A stretch of 51,428 nt of DNA, the filler included, from Catajapyx aquilonaris (taxonomy: Eukaryota): the NCBI GenBank assembly GCA_000934665.2. It is 3 parts of 3 records of this genome, joined end to end, with 100 filler letters (N's around TTAATTAATTAA, not from the genome) between each part and the next. Parts side by side here need not be neighbours in the genome. Positions count along the whole stretch, not along the records: positions 17,167 to 34,221 come from JYFJ02007044.1; positions 34,322 to 51,428 come from KZ539632.1; 1 more part is not named here. One strand, 5' to 3'. The translations under genes were made by a program, and so were the position numbers. Below the pieces are notes generated by a model. That model worked only from the letters and a program-made list of their open reading frames with translations, was not told the origin of the DNA and searched no databases. Positions 22,977-35,183 of this stretch are shown here, piece by piece. How positions within the stretch are numbered: position 1 is the stretch's first letter; every line of letters starts with the position of its first letter.

Positions 22977-25353
22977 AGTTCATAGAGAGAATGACATAAT
23001 TATCGTATTACAAGTGCTCTGTACTTACCTAGATAATTCTGCCTTTATTATTCAGATTTCCCTAACATCCGAACTTCTACTTACACTGAACTAATGAGGT
23101 GCTCATGTAGTGCCAATACCTGGCTGTAAGAGACTATTTTTTCAGATATTTTTCAACTGAATCATGTTACGTCCTAAACATATAGAGAAAATAGAGTAAA
23201 CCAGGGTGTTGTAATACGTTCTGTACTGTATATGGATTCTACACATTTATTTCATTTCTCTTGTTATTTGATTGTTAATGAGTATTAGGTAAGCAAATGC
23301 ATATGTCATTGTGCAAAAATTAAAAATAATATTGCTCAGGGCTGACTCATAGTTTATAAGTTAAGTAGTAAGCAGTTCAGCAACTAATTAAAATTAATGG
23401 AATTGTTTCTTATGGGTAAACTTAGGATTCGATTAACATGCTTCATGGTGTGTCTTTTTTTCATTTGGGTCAGTGAAATTATTCCCACATTGAAAAAGGT
23501 TTTATCCTAAACATGATGTTTTCATTGAATTTGCATATTTTGTTATTTGGGTAAACATAACCGGCACTAAAGTAAGCAACTTGCAATATTATTCTTTCAC
23601 GAGTCTTTGAGTACTTGCAAGATCTATCAACCTTCAAAAGACATGTTAACACATCAAATGCAGCAGTCGATAATAACAACGATTATTTCACTTTTGATAC
23701 TTCTCTTGTAATTTCATGTAAATTTTGAAATGTGTGAAAATCAAACAGATGTGGATTTTTTCTTAAAAAGTAAGCATATCCTTTGGTACACTTGTCATTG
23801 ATACGGCGCAATTTTGATAACGTGTCTTTCAACTGATTAGAATGTTATTTAAATTTATTGCTTCTGGTTACATCATTGATCATCATTAGCTGCAGATCGG
23901 ATCACTACCTGTTTGGCCGTAGTTTCACACATCTTGATTGTTATAAAAATTGTTATATTTTTATGACAGTGCTATTAATGTAGGGCAAATGTAATTGCTC
24001 TTGTAACATAAGGAGTTAATATAATATGGGACTATGCAAAACTTTCTACATTGTGTAATTTGTTGTGCAATAAAGACAAAAAGAAAAGTGCATTTTATGT
24101 GTTATTTGGAAAAGTGTTTCATTTTATTGCAAGTGTCATTTGGTAATGCAATAGGTTCAATAAATGAACTAAATGCAACGAGGTATTGTGCAATAATGAT
24201 ACTTTTTAATAATACGGGTCATGATCGGCAATTTGGGACACTGCCATTGAAAGCTCATAATGGTGCACTTCTATTCACAGGGCCTCTCTCTATACCAAAA
24301 ACACTGCACCTTACATATATTATGATATGAATATGAGATAGCAGGTCCATACTGGAGGTATTATTGTATTCATCACCAACTGTGAATGGATTGCATTAAT
24401 CAGTCAAAGCTCCGATAGACTGTAACTCTAGATATGACCAAGATATGACTAGAAATTGTGCTCATAACATAATTCATTGGTGGGTTTCTGTATATTTTCC
24501 CAGGTCTAATGAGCACTCGAAACTACTCGTATACGATAAGTATGCACGGTCAATATTCTGGGGAATGTGGTAGATTTTTTAAAATGGAAAATTGACATTT
24601 GGGACTTAAATTGTGAATAATTTTTGGCGTCTAGTTGCAGAGTTCTTACACATAAAAAGTCCAAAATGTTAAGATGCACCGTGGAAATTTTAATTTTACA
24701 AGTCTATTGAAGCATGCAGGAAACATTGTAGTCAAGGCTATATTTATATGGCAATATTAAGCCATAATTTAATTCAAGTGAAGTTAAGTCGCAGCAAGTA
24801 ATGAAATGATGTGGTCCCTTGCCAATCGCAATGGCAAGCAGGTGCAGGTTCATAATATTGTGTGAGATTGGGTATATATCATTTAAAATGCCTCGATCGG
24901 TGCCACTTGCGCCACTCCCATTGGTGAAACCCTTACATTGGCTCGTGCATATATTGCGCAAGCACAGGTGAACCGTATATTATGAGTATACTGTATGGGT
25001 TATATTATTCTGCTCGTTCAGAATTCAACATACTGTAGATTGAGGTGCAGTACTACATCACTACCTCCTGGATTCTTGGCACTGGTTTTGACATTTTGAA
25101 GCACGACTGTGCCCCTTCAGACCGAGTAGATTAATATCAAAGTGTAGCGAGACTCTTTTAACCCTTTCGGATGCAGTACCAAAATTTCCACTGTTCGTTT
25201 TGATTGCAAGTCTCTACAAAGTATAACTATAACTTGGTGATACATTGAGCTCCCCCAACTGTGACTGGAGACGTTTTAAGTGATTATTTATTCTGTACTA
25301 CAGTTAGCAGACTATTACACTGCTCAATAATGGTGGTAGTGACTGTCAATGCC

Positions 25354-27416
25354 ATGTTATTATATTTTGTGGTGGTGCTCAACGTGATTGAATTGACACC
25401 AGCACATTTCGTTCAATCTGACCATGAATGCGACGGAGAAAGTGAGAAGCTCATTGCTAGGCTGGTGCAAGACGTCACATCTGAGAAGTTGCCCCGGTGC
25501 ACTCTTTTGCTGGCCCACGATTTTGTGTCTGTTCCGAAGGCGATTCAAGAGATCCTCTCCAATGCGAACAAACAATATCGCCAGACACTGTCTCTGTCTC
25601 CTCCCGAGTCCTTCTCTGTCCCTGATGACGCATCGCATCGAGATTATTGGGACATTAGCTCCAAGGAGTGGACCGGTCCTTGTCTGGTGCAGCTGCTCAC
25701 CACCAGGACATCCGGACTGGTCAACCGGATGAGCATATTCGTCTCCACCAGGGTCGAGGTCAGGTCAGACGATGACCACGTCGTCATCTGGACGAGGGAA
25801 GACCCGGACAAGGCCATTTCACCAAAGGAGGACAGGACCAACAGCATGCTGGGGATGAGGTGGAAGGTGGCCATCAAGCCTTCTCCTGATGGTGGAGGGT
25901 TGGAGCTGGCCACCATTTGCTTCTTTTGCGACGAGGGAAAGCACTCCAAGGTCACTCTGGGACAGCATCCTGGAATTGGGGTAGGGGACATGTTCCCGGA
26001 CACAACGAAAATAGTATATGGAAGGCATTTCAGGGGTGTCTTTTTGAGGAATATTGAAGGAAATGAAGCCATGAAGAAGAGGGAGAAGTATGGACGACTG
26101 AATCTTGATTTATCGAAGCATACATCCTCTTATTTTCTGACAAGGTGAACTTCACCTGGAGCACCTACGAATTGACAATAGTCCCAGAGATGATGGAAAG
26201 GTCTCGTCTGAGAAATGGAACCTGGTTGACACCTATGAAAGACTTGTTGACGGGACAAGCAGATTTCTGCTTAGTCGCTTTCTACCAAGGAGAAGACATG
26301 TCTCATGTTAAGTACGTGTACCCAAACACCTACCTTCGGTTTAACTTTGTCACAGGATTCCCCAGACCCTTGTGGACGTGGAAGACTGTGTTCTGGCCTT
26401 ACCAGCCGGGGGTCTGGGTCTTGATCGCTTTAGGAACTGCATTTGCAATAGTAGTAACCTGGAAACTGCTTAAAATAGAAGCCGCCTTGTACACTATCCC
26501 AGGAGCGGACTTTGGGGACATCGCATTTCATTCCTGCGCAGGTGCCTTGGTTGAGCAGATGCCCAACGAGGAGTTCCCAAGGGCTCATGCAGCGAGGATA
26601 TTTGTTCTGTTTTGGTTTTTCGTGGCCATGATTCTTTCGTGTGGTTACCAAGAAATGGTTTTCGCTTTTGTGGCAGTGCCTGAGAAGGAGAATCTTCCAA
26701 CCACACTTGAGGAACTCAGCAATTCTCCTTTGGAAGTCGGCGCCCATTTGGAAATGGTTTTGGTCTACAACATGTTGGCCAACAAAGTGGAAGGCCACAC
26801 CTACTACCACAAAATTGCTAAAAAATTTATCATGATGAGCAGCTACACTGAATGCATTGAAAAAGCAGCGGAGGAGGACTATTTCAGTTGCATCGGAATT
26901 AATTTATTCATCGACCTGGCTAAATCTGAAGTAGTGAACGGCAATGGCAAGCTTCGCGTGAGGGACAACACAGAACCCACCTTCAACTTTTTCACTGGTG
27001 GATCAGCCCTCAAGGACTTCCCAGTCTGGCAAGAAGTGAGCAGAATTGCAATCTGGATTTTAGAGGGCGGGTTGTCTGACTACCTGAAGCGCAACGAAGA
27101 GTACCGAGTGTTTCGTAAGTCCCTGAAGGAGGCCCAGAGTCGCCAATGGACCAAAAGTGAGGAGGAAGAAGAGGCTGAGAAAGGGATGTTGAGCCAGGAT
27201 GAGGAGGAGAGCAGGCCCCTCACTGTGAGGAATTTGTACGGTCCCTTCGTTCTCATTGTCGCTGTTTGGATAATAACAGTGGCGTGCTTCGCAATGGAGA
27301 AGTTGTCCAAATTGTGCTCACCCAAACGGCCTTCTTTCCCCATCACCCAAGTGAAACCTGTTCTCCCTGAACCTCCCACCAGTCCAACTCATACTCTTCG
27401 CAAAGAAACAGAATAA
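25354..27416 (+). pseudogene. Divergent ionotropic receptor (IR; iGluR-related chemoreceptor), intronless, split by a frameshift near 26070-26145
   Basis: Signal peptide MLLYFVVVLNVIELTPA; S1 ILLFSDKVNFT...NGTW...DLLTGQADF; M1 PYQPGVWVLI; pore GALVEQ; M2 RIFVLFWFFVAMILSCGY; PTTLEEL; LEGGL; final TM PLTVRNLYGPFVLI...FAME. Confidence 0.85.
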
Positions 27417-29332
27417 TGCATTTCGCTTAGTAGTCTTTAATTAGAGACCAACCAGCGCTTTTGATTTGTTTTATGGGGACCACTACAGTAAGTTTCAACA
27501 CCACATGTGCGGCGTTTCTATCAATAAGGTGGAGAGTGCCAGTCACGCTGAGATGTCCAGCATTTGCCTTGGTATATACCGTATTATTGCTGACAAAAAT
27601 AATGAAAAAGTAATAATAATTGATATCCCACACAATTTTTTAGACACGGGATTTGTTTCCCTCCTAAGTTAATAAACAGGGAACAGCATTACCTGTGGAT
27701 CCTGAAACTCCGACCGAGTATGGAACAGACGTCAGAATATTTTCACTGTTGGTAGAGCACGATTTATTGATATTGTTGACGAATTTTTTTGTCTACAGTG
27801 AGATCAATATTATGAAAGGCTGACTTATTGAACCGCAAAGGCCTACAATTAGATAAGGATGTCATAAAATGTTGACCCATGCGTAACGGATAACAGGACA
27901 TGATTGTTATAATCTGTGGCCCATTACTGAAAATACTGTAGTTTAACGAGCTATAGAAGGATATCCTTTTAGTGATGGAATATTAACGTTTGATGATGTG
28001 CTAAGAGTCTTGTGCGAACTTCAGCGAAATATAACTTGTCATTACTTACAGAGATAGCTACTACTTTTTTTGTCTTGTTCAAGAAACAGAAACAGATGTG
28101 TCCGTGGAATATGATTGGGAAGTCGTAGATTGCAGGTAGATCCATACAGAAATATTAAAGGAAAGGAATGCACTGGTATTTAAATGTAATATGCGACACT
28201 GCAGGCTTAACTAGAGTTCCTGTTGCGTTTAGTTTGCAATAGTATGTATCTGATCCTCTTTTTCGCATTGATGGAGTAAATATATTGTGACAGTTTGAGC
28301 GTTGTTCTTGCCACTTTCCACTCTTGGATTGGCAAGAGTTGTACTATAATATCTCACTTCATGCCCTGCTCGTAATTTCAAGAAAGTCCATAAATCTGAA
28401 ATCAGCAATTTAATGTAGGCCTACATTTGAACAGCTACAAACTGACTCTTCTTTTATGTGTACCGCCGCCTTCTTTTTTACTGACCACTTTCTTCCTGAA
28501 ACCCAAATATGTACTATATCGCCCAAAAAGATAGAGACGATTTTGCATTTGAATCAAGTGCAACTTGCACTTGAATCAAATGCCAATCGTCTCTATCTTT
28601 TTGAGCGATATAGTACATGGACCATAGCGCTTTTACAGTTTAATACGGATATAACAGACTTCAAGAGACAGCAGAAATTAGTCTGTATAACCGAAAGTCT
28701 GTTATAGCCGACGCAGTACTGCATAACGTTGATCAAGGTCGCTTTGGGACACCTGAATTAACTGGCATTGAATGGCTTGGAGGTACGGGGCCTCGTGGCC
28801 TATCGAGCTTTTGATAAGCCGCGCAAATAGGTAGATAGGCCACGTGTAGAGTAGAGACCCATGTAATTCCCAAGCAGGAAAGCACTTACACACACTTATA
28901 GGGAGGCCATTATGCCTTGTTAATCATTCAAGATTCTGGAAACACAGTATCGCGCTCTCAAGAGCTGAATTGCTTATTGTTATTGTAGGCTACGTGTATA
29001 GCGGCACTATAACATGCGGACATGAAGAGAAAGGAGCAAACAGTTCTTCGGAATCATTAAAAATTAAAAATTAAAGATATTAATACTCTGCTCATTGGAA
29101 ATGACCTGCCTGGGACCCCTGGGGCGCAGGCGCTGTGGGTTGTTGAAAATACAGTTCATAAAGTGTGTAAATTCCGGCTGTAATACAAGGAAAAGTCGCA
29201 GGATGCAAATAGCAATAAGGCTATTTGCTACACAAAGGAAAATAAACAATGTGTTGTTCTGGGACCGGTATACTACTACTTTTTATTTACTCCAGACTGG
29301 AGCATAAAATATTGTAATATAAAAGCTCATCA

Positions 29333-29399
29333 CCCCCTCCCCCCCCCCNCCCCCCCCCCAAAGGGACTAAGGTCCCATCACGGGGTAACATCAATAAGA

Positions 29400-29437
<38 letters not shown>
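29333..29437 (+). mobile_element. Extremely 5'-truncated retroposon 3' end with TSD
   Basis: CCCC-AAA-GGGAC-TAAG-GTCCC-ATCACGGGGTA plus an (AAAT)n tail, flanked by the direct repeat AAAAGCTCATCA (29321-29332, 29438-29449). Confidence 0.75.
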
Positions 29438-29438
<1 letters not shown>

Positions 29439-30101
29439 AAAGCTCATCAGTACTGTATATTTATATTGTGCATGATCCATTCACTAATCGCACTTATCTT
29501 ACTGAAGGTGGTCAACATAAATATAATAAAGTGGCTACATAAATATATTTCCTCAGAAAACATGTGCTGTGTGATTGAAATCCTTTAGAGAGGTAAATAA
29601 TAAATAATCATGCTGGGTGTTGAATGGCTGATGCGCAGATTGTGTGCTCTGGATGGCGGGTCACAAAATATTTGTTTATTTGTTATTTGCATTTAGTTGT
29701 GTATAATGGCCTGATCATCCTTTACATAGCACTTTTCCTCTGCTGCCTCGTGATTGATTACTTTGAATAACTTCCTCGAGATTTTGAGAATGGAACCGTG
29801 GCTGGTTTCGTCGTCCGGGGAAAATCAGCCTAAAAGGCCATCAGGAAGTAAAAATGCGTTGGCATGGCATCGATACCCAGCGTACATGGAATTCATCAAG
29901 AAATCTCTACATTAGACCCCCAACCGATTGAGTCATTTTTAGTCGTCTCAAAGCAACAAGAGTGTCACACAAGGACAATGTATATGACTCAGTACCGATC
30001 CAACATTATCAATTTTCAAGTGATAGCTCTCATAATAGTCGAGTCAAGAGACCTACACTGTCCATTCACAGACTGCATTGTGTGTGCTGGCACATGCTTA
30101 C

Positions 30102-30686
30102 CCTGGCATATGTAGATTCGATATATCTAATGTGATAGTTCAGCTCGGTCCTGATGCAAATGTTCCTGACGATGTTCCGATTGCATGTGCCCAGTTGGTC
30201 TACCAGCTCTTCAATCTCCTTCTCCAATTCCATCTTCACAAGTTCAGCTATTCAGATATCCCCTTCTAGCTCTACACTCCTCAGCTCCATCTTCGCCGTG
30301 CCTGCATAACGTCACGCTTTATCACTGACGACTCTGCTCTCGGCAAGTAGTAAGGATGGGGGCTGCAGATACTTCTTATTGTAATTGCGCCAAACACATT
30401 TGGCATGCAAATTGAAGTTCTTTGCAGTATACTTCAGCTGCCTTGAGCCAAAAAATTTAACTTCCATTTAATTTCCACTGTTTGACATTCACCAACACAC
30501 ACGTCAGAAATGATAATTGCAATAAAAATTAGTTTTGACACACACGCATACTTTACCGTCGTAGGTCTGCCACCACTGTCACAGGCTCTTGAAGTATGCT
30601 ACTAACATGGGTTCATTCTTTGCATGCCCATATCATGGGAGACTCATGAGCTTTGTTTTTTGTCTCTTGGTCACTCCAGCTCTCAC
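30102..30686 (-). pseudogene. Unannotated two-exon coding-like remnant (30557-30686 and 30102-30301) with in-frame TGA codons
   Basis: Canonical AG/GT sites with compatible phases. It encodes a coiled-coil-like peptide (KMELRSVELEGDI*IAELVKMELEKEIEELVDQL). Three stops, all TGA. Confidence 0.45.
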
Positions 30687-31830
30687 CTATCAAAAAAAAT
30701 TCCCGAGGTGTCAAAACTAGCATAGCATAGTCAGTGCGAGGTCTAGAAGGATGCTCCAAGATGTCCCACTACTAGTATCTGAAATGCTCAAGAATGCTAG
30801 AAATGTGCATATAAGGCCTGCAGCATGCTGTCACATTTTTGGTGTGCATCCTTCTGGAAGTGTACAAATGAGATAACTCCTCGGAGCATCCTTCTTACCC
30901 ATTAAAACAAGTAGTTCAAAAACTTCCTAAAATTTTACTATTGCATATTCAGATCTCCCAAGATTAATGGGTTTACAAACATAATTATAACTGTTATCAC
31001 AGAAAACCTTAGATCTTACTCCAGCTGGCAGTATCAATAATTACAAGGCATATTTGTTTAAGTAGGAGGCAGTAATATTTCAGCATGTGCATATCATAGA
31101 GCCGCATACAAGTAAGAGAGCACTTCCCCGTGTATATCAGTCTGCCAGTCGTCCCTGATGTATACTGAAATGCCACCCTATGCATGAATTATGGTAAGGT
31201 ACTTGAAAAGTTTATGACCTGTGAAGCGATTGCAACATTCTCTTTGGCATAAAGATCATTGGTAGAAAGTACGTGGAATGATGACACAGGCTACAACCAC
31301 TTGATAAAAAGGTACAAGATTATTGCGGCATAAAAATTACAACAATGCATCAAATACTTTCACGTTCTGCCATGCTGAATTACTGTCTAGCTGTATTTAC
31401 ACTAAAAAATGACTTATCTGACAGGCCATCAATGTAGTGAACTGCATTGATTAACAATGTTATCCAATGCCTCAATAAAAATGCTCGCAAATTGGTTAGG
31501 ATTCCTCATCTTCACATGATTGTGTGCGATTTGACTGTCTCCAAAAATTCCATGAGCATTACTATCTAACAACCATGGCAGAAACAATATTGCCAAACTG
31601 GTTCGTAATAAATTTATGATATGCCTGTTCACATAAAAATAATATATCATATTTATTACAAACCAGTTTGGCCTAGATCAGTTTAACCCTTTTTGCTTGC
31701 CTGTACAACTCATAAGTAAAAGAAAAATGAATTGCGGACTTACATTTAAATTAGGGGGTGCATCATGTTAAGGTAAAATTTGCCACTTTTTGAGCTGAAC
31801 TTCATTTAAATCATTTAAAAAACATTTACA

Positions 31831-32145
31831 TTAAGGCCGAAATGGCCTCTTTTTGAGTGGCTGGGGCTTTGGCTTTGGGTAGACGTCCTCCTTGGCATGT
31901 CCTCCCAAGCCATCATAGCCAACTGCTGAGGTACTTGGACTTGATCCAGAGGCATATGACCTCCAGTCCCTCATATTCAGGTGAGGTTTCTTGAATATTT
32001 TGTATGCCGTCATCCGCGAGGGGACATGGCGGACGGGAGTGCGCACAGCTGAAGGACCAGCCAGAGCAGAGGCCGAAGCAGATGTAGGGCTGTCAAAAGA
32101 TGCGAGGTCTGGCTCGGAGGTGCTTTGTCGCTTGAGCTTAGGATT
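31831..32145 (-). CDS. TRAIP: TRAIP/nopo-like RING E3 ligase, last coding exon
   Basis: TTTTCAG| acceptor; contains the TRAIP C-terminal GYDGLGG motif; TAA stop at 31831-31833. Confidence 0.8.
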   Translation of the reverse strand, partial: NPKLKRQSTSEPDLASFDSPTSASASALAGPSAVRTPVRHVPSRMTAYKIFKKPHLNMRDWRSYASGSSPSTSAVGYDGLGGHAKEDVYPKPKPQPLKKRPFRP

Positions 32146-32488
32146 CTGAAAATCAAAAGGGACAGCTCACATTCAATTGCAGTGTTTACATCACATATTG
32201 AAAACTCCTTAACATTAATAACCTCATTAGCCCATTAACTCCAAAAAAAAAATTTGTGAGTAATTTTGTTTCCGTTGTTAAAGTTGGGTTATTTGGAGTC
32301 CCTAGAACACAAAAGAATTTTACACAGCGTTTTGTTTCTTTTGCGTGTGTAGATACTATACATTGGGTCCCAGGAGGCAGGAATCACAATGCATTATTAT
32401 ATTATTATTTAAAATAGGCAAAGATGTGAACTTTCATTTCAGTAGGCTACTTAAAAATAAATTCAGGAAAAAAGCAGCAAATACTGGC

Positions 32489-32816
32489 CTTCAAGACCAC
32501 TGGCGAATCTTCAACTACAATCACCTCATTGACTGGTTTTGCATGACGAGGCTTCTTCCTCTGGATCATGGGGGAAGACAATGATATAACACTCTCGTCC
32601 ATGCTTGGCTTCCTGGTGTTTCGATCGGCAGTCATGTCATCCACCAGTTCTTGGAGGCTTCTGCACTTGTTCTGAAACTCGTCACGCTCCTTCTTAAGCT
32701 TCAATACCTCCATATCAGACTTGACCAATGTGACCTGGAGTGAGTTTTTTACTTTAGTCACATGACGTAACTCATCGAGTGACTGCCTGTTGCGTTGCTT
32801 CTGCTTGTTCAGTTCC
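32489..32816 (-). CDS. TRAIP: TRAIP-like coiled-coil exon (3' boundary 32489 with a GC donor, or 32525 with a GT donor)
   Basis: TTCGCAG| acceptor, phase-compatible with the previous exon: K-ELNKQKQRNRQSLDELRH...; coiled coil. Confidence 0.75.
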
Positions 32817-33126
32817 CTGCGAAGAAAAAGCAAAAGAATTATGCCTGATTGCACCTATAAGTGAAATGCTTACTTGTACGCTACTTTTCCATTCTCACTT
32901 GTTTTTATGGTAAAAAGCTGGAGAATAGGGGGAAAGGAACATTTTCGCAATTAGCATATTCATAAACTTCACCTGCACATTAACTGCAATAAAACCAGTA
33001 ATACTGTAAAACTTCAAAGCCTGGAAAATCCAAGATGATAAGATCTAAGAATAACATAGTGGTCTGGGTGACACCCTCGTCAGCAAAGAAGCAAATAGTA
33101 GAGCTCGTGAAGCTCAGATGACTCAC

Positions 33127-33231
33127 TTTTTCATTATACAGCAGTACAGGGACAGTCCATTTGGGTCCTGATTCTCCCCATCCATCACCTCTTGGACCTC
33201 ACTCAGCGAACCTTCAACGATCATCTGCACA
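33127..33231 (-). CDS. TRAIP: TRAIP-like exon
   Basis: TAG|...|GTGAGT; VQMIVEGSLSEVQEVMDGENQDPNGLSLYCCIMKK resembles TRAIP ..EVEEM...QLAVYCVSLKK. Confidence 0.8.
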
Positions 33232-33348
33232 CTATAAAGCAAAAAAAAAATCTCATTATAATCTTAGAAGGCAAGATAAATAAAATTGACGTAACTGATG
33301 CTACACTTTAAAACAGTCAACATGAAAAAGTTACAAATTCAGACTAAC

Positions 33349-33699
33349 TTCCTCAGCTTTTCTAGCTCCTTCTTGGCCTTCTGTGCCTCTTCTTCAACCT
33401 TGCTGAGAGATTTGAGCTGAGCTTCCAGGATTACCACTGAGTTGGACTTGACCCGCAACTTCTCCTCAGTCTTCTTGGCCCCTTGCTTTGCCTCTGCCAG
33501 CTTCACCTCCAATACTGTTTTTTCTTCAGTGAGTTTTACTGCCTTCTTTTCCACGGTTGACAACTGGAGAGTCAGGTTTTGGACTTGGTTGCTCAAAGCA
33601 GACACATCCACTTCATCATCACCTCCTATGTCAGAACGATGAAGCCGAATCATGTCCCGCTCAAAGGCTTTTGCCCGGCACTGGGGGCACGTGCGAGAC
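33349..33699 (-). CDS. TRAIP: TRAIP-like exon with the RING C-terminal half and coiled coil
   Basis: CAG|G-SRTCPQCR... (TRAIP RING end SRTCPQCR), then a coiled coil; AA|GTTAGT donor. The upstream RING exon(s) were not found and probably lie in or beyond the gap. Confidence 0.85.
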
Positions 33700-34045
33700 C
33701 TGATGATGGAAGGTAATCATAGTGGAGATACATTCCAAAGGCATGAACTTGTAAATGCAATGTCAATTAGGTGGCCTTCAGCTTCTGCTAAACAATTTTT
33801 TGGGGGGTTATTGCTATAAATGCTGTGCCCAAAATAATATGGTACAGCTTTCTCTGCATTCACAGTGAATTCAACACCATCATTCATTTAATAAAAATAA
33901 TAACACCAACAATAATAATAAATCATGACATTTGCAGCAATGGAAAAAATATTATCACATCCAGGAAAACATTCCACAAGTTTAATTCAGCAGCGATGGT
34001 AAAAGTAAAGAGCAGGCAATGCATTTCCTCAAGGGGTCGGACAAT

Positions 34046-34221
34046 CGGGTGAATCTCGTACGTTTCCAGGATGAATCCCGGGGAATCCCGGGTGAATCTG
34101 TGGAATCTCGGGTGAATCTGTGGGATCTCGGGTGAATCTGTGGAATCCCGGGTGAATCGTAGTGAATCCCGAGCGAATCCAAGTGAATCCACGTGAATCC
34201 AGGGTGAATCCTTGGGAATCC
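34046..34221. repeat. Minisatellite of ~10/20-nt GGGTGAATCY/TGGAATCY units running into the gap
   Basis: Repeated GAATC-centred units are directly visible. Confidence 0.85.
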
Positions 34222-34321
34222 NNNNNNNNNNNNNNNNNNNNNNNNNNNNNNNNNNNNNNNNNNNNTTAATTAATTAANNNNNNNNNNNNNNNNNNNNNNN
34301 NNNNNNNNNNNNNNNNNNNNN
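34222..34321. other. Assembly gap with an artificial six-frame-stop linker
   Basis: 44 N + TTAATTAATTAA + 44 N. Confidence 0.9.
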
Positions 34322-34377
34322 TAATAAATAGTAATAGCAGCCGCAATAGTAGCAGTAATAATAATCATAATTGTGCA

Positions 34378-34410
<33 letters not shown>

Positions 34411-35183
34411 CATCATCATCATTATAGGTTTTGCACAGACTTTGATCAATCAGTACCTAGCTGAAGCTGCCCTGAGTTCCGATATCACTTTTTTATTTTC
34501 GAATAATTAAATGAACCTCTATAATCGGCCTGGAGTTGGTTAAATATGCAGAGGAAGATTGTCTGTACAACATATTAAAATTTGGATCATTTTAATGTGG
34601 TTGTTTGAGTAATGTAGTGACACAAACTGCACTTCCGGCGAGAAACAATGACAAAGTGTAGGATTTTTTATGTCCTTCCCCGCTCAACCTCTCGGATGGA
34701 GATGCACGGCATGAGACGGGGCATGAGTGGAGCTATCATTTGGTACCCATTGCATATTTTTAGTCCCAATATGCGCCTGACAGTGACGGCGCAAAGATAG
34801 TCGGAATCCCCATAAGGCGCCATGTTAATTTCGCCTTCCCGCCTCCCTTTTGCCCTAAGTCACGTGATCCCCCCCTCAGAACGGCAGGTTTCACTTTTGA
34901 GAGGGAGAGGGAGCGTCTACTGGTATAATATATGGTCTAAGGCCAATTCCCTATCCTGCAGCATGGGGCGGCCATATTGGAACTAGATTGCATAAGGACT
35001 ACGTGAAGACAATACCCGGGTTAGGGTGGGGGAGGCAACCATGTAGGGGACCCTGATTTGCCCTTAGTGATTAGAGATATTTTTGGCACTAACCTGCCTT
35101 TTAAGTGGTTACTTTGGCATAGTTACTTTTATAGGCTATTAAAGATAGTTTCTGCTAATATTGGGATGAATGGAAAGAATACG

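Noticed and set aside
26088..26144. Possible 57-nt intron (GTATGG...CTGACAAG) repairing the IR
   Set aside because: Its length is a multiple of 3, so it leads straight into TGA, and it would delete the conserved S1 helix.
22449..26148. 4-nt ORF overlaps (TTGA, GTGA) resembling bacterial translational coupling
   Set aside because: The context is eukaryotic, and homology continues upstream of the TTG/GTG starts in the second frame. These are frameshifted single genes, not operons.
34046..34221. Regular short repeats resembling a CRISPR array
   Set aside because: There are no unique spacers and no cas genes; this is a simple minisatellite.
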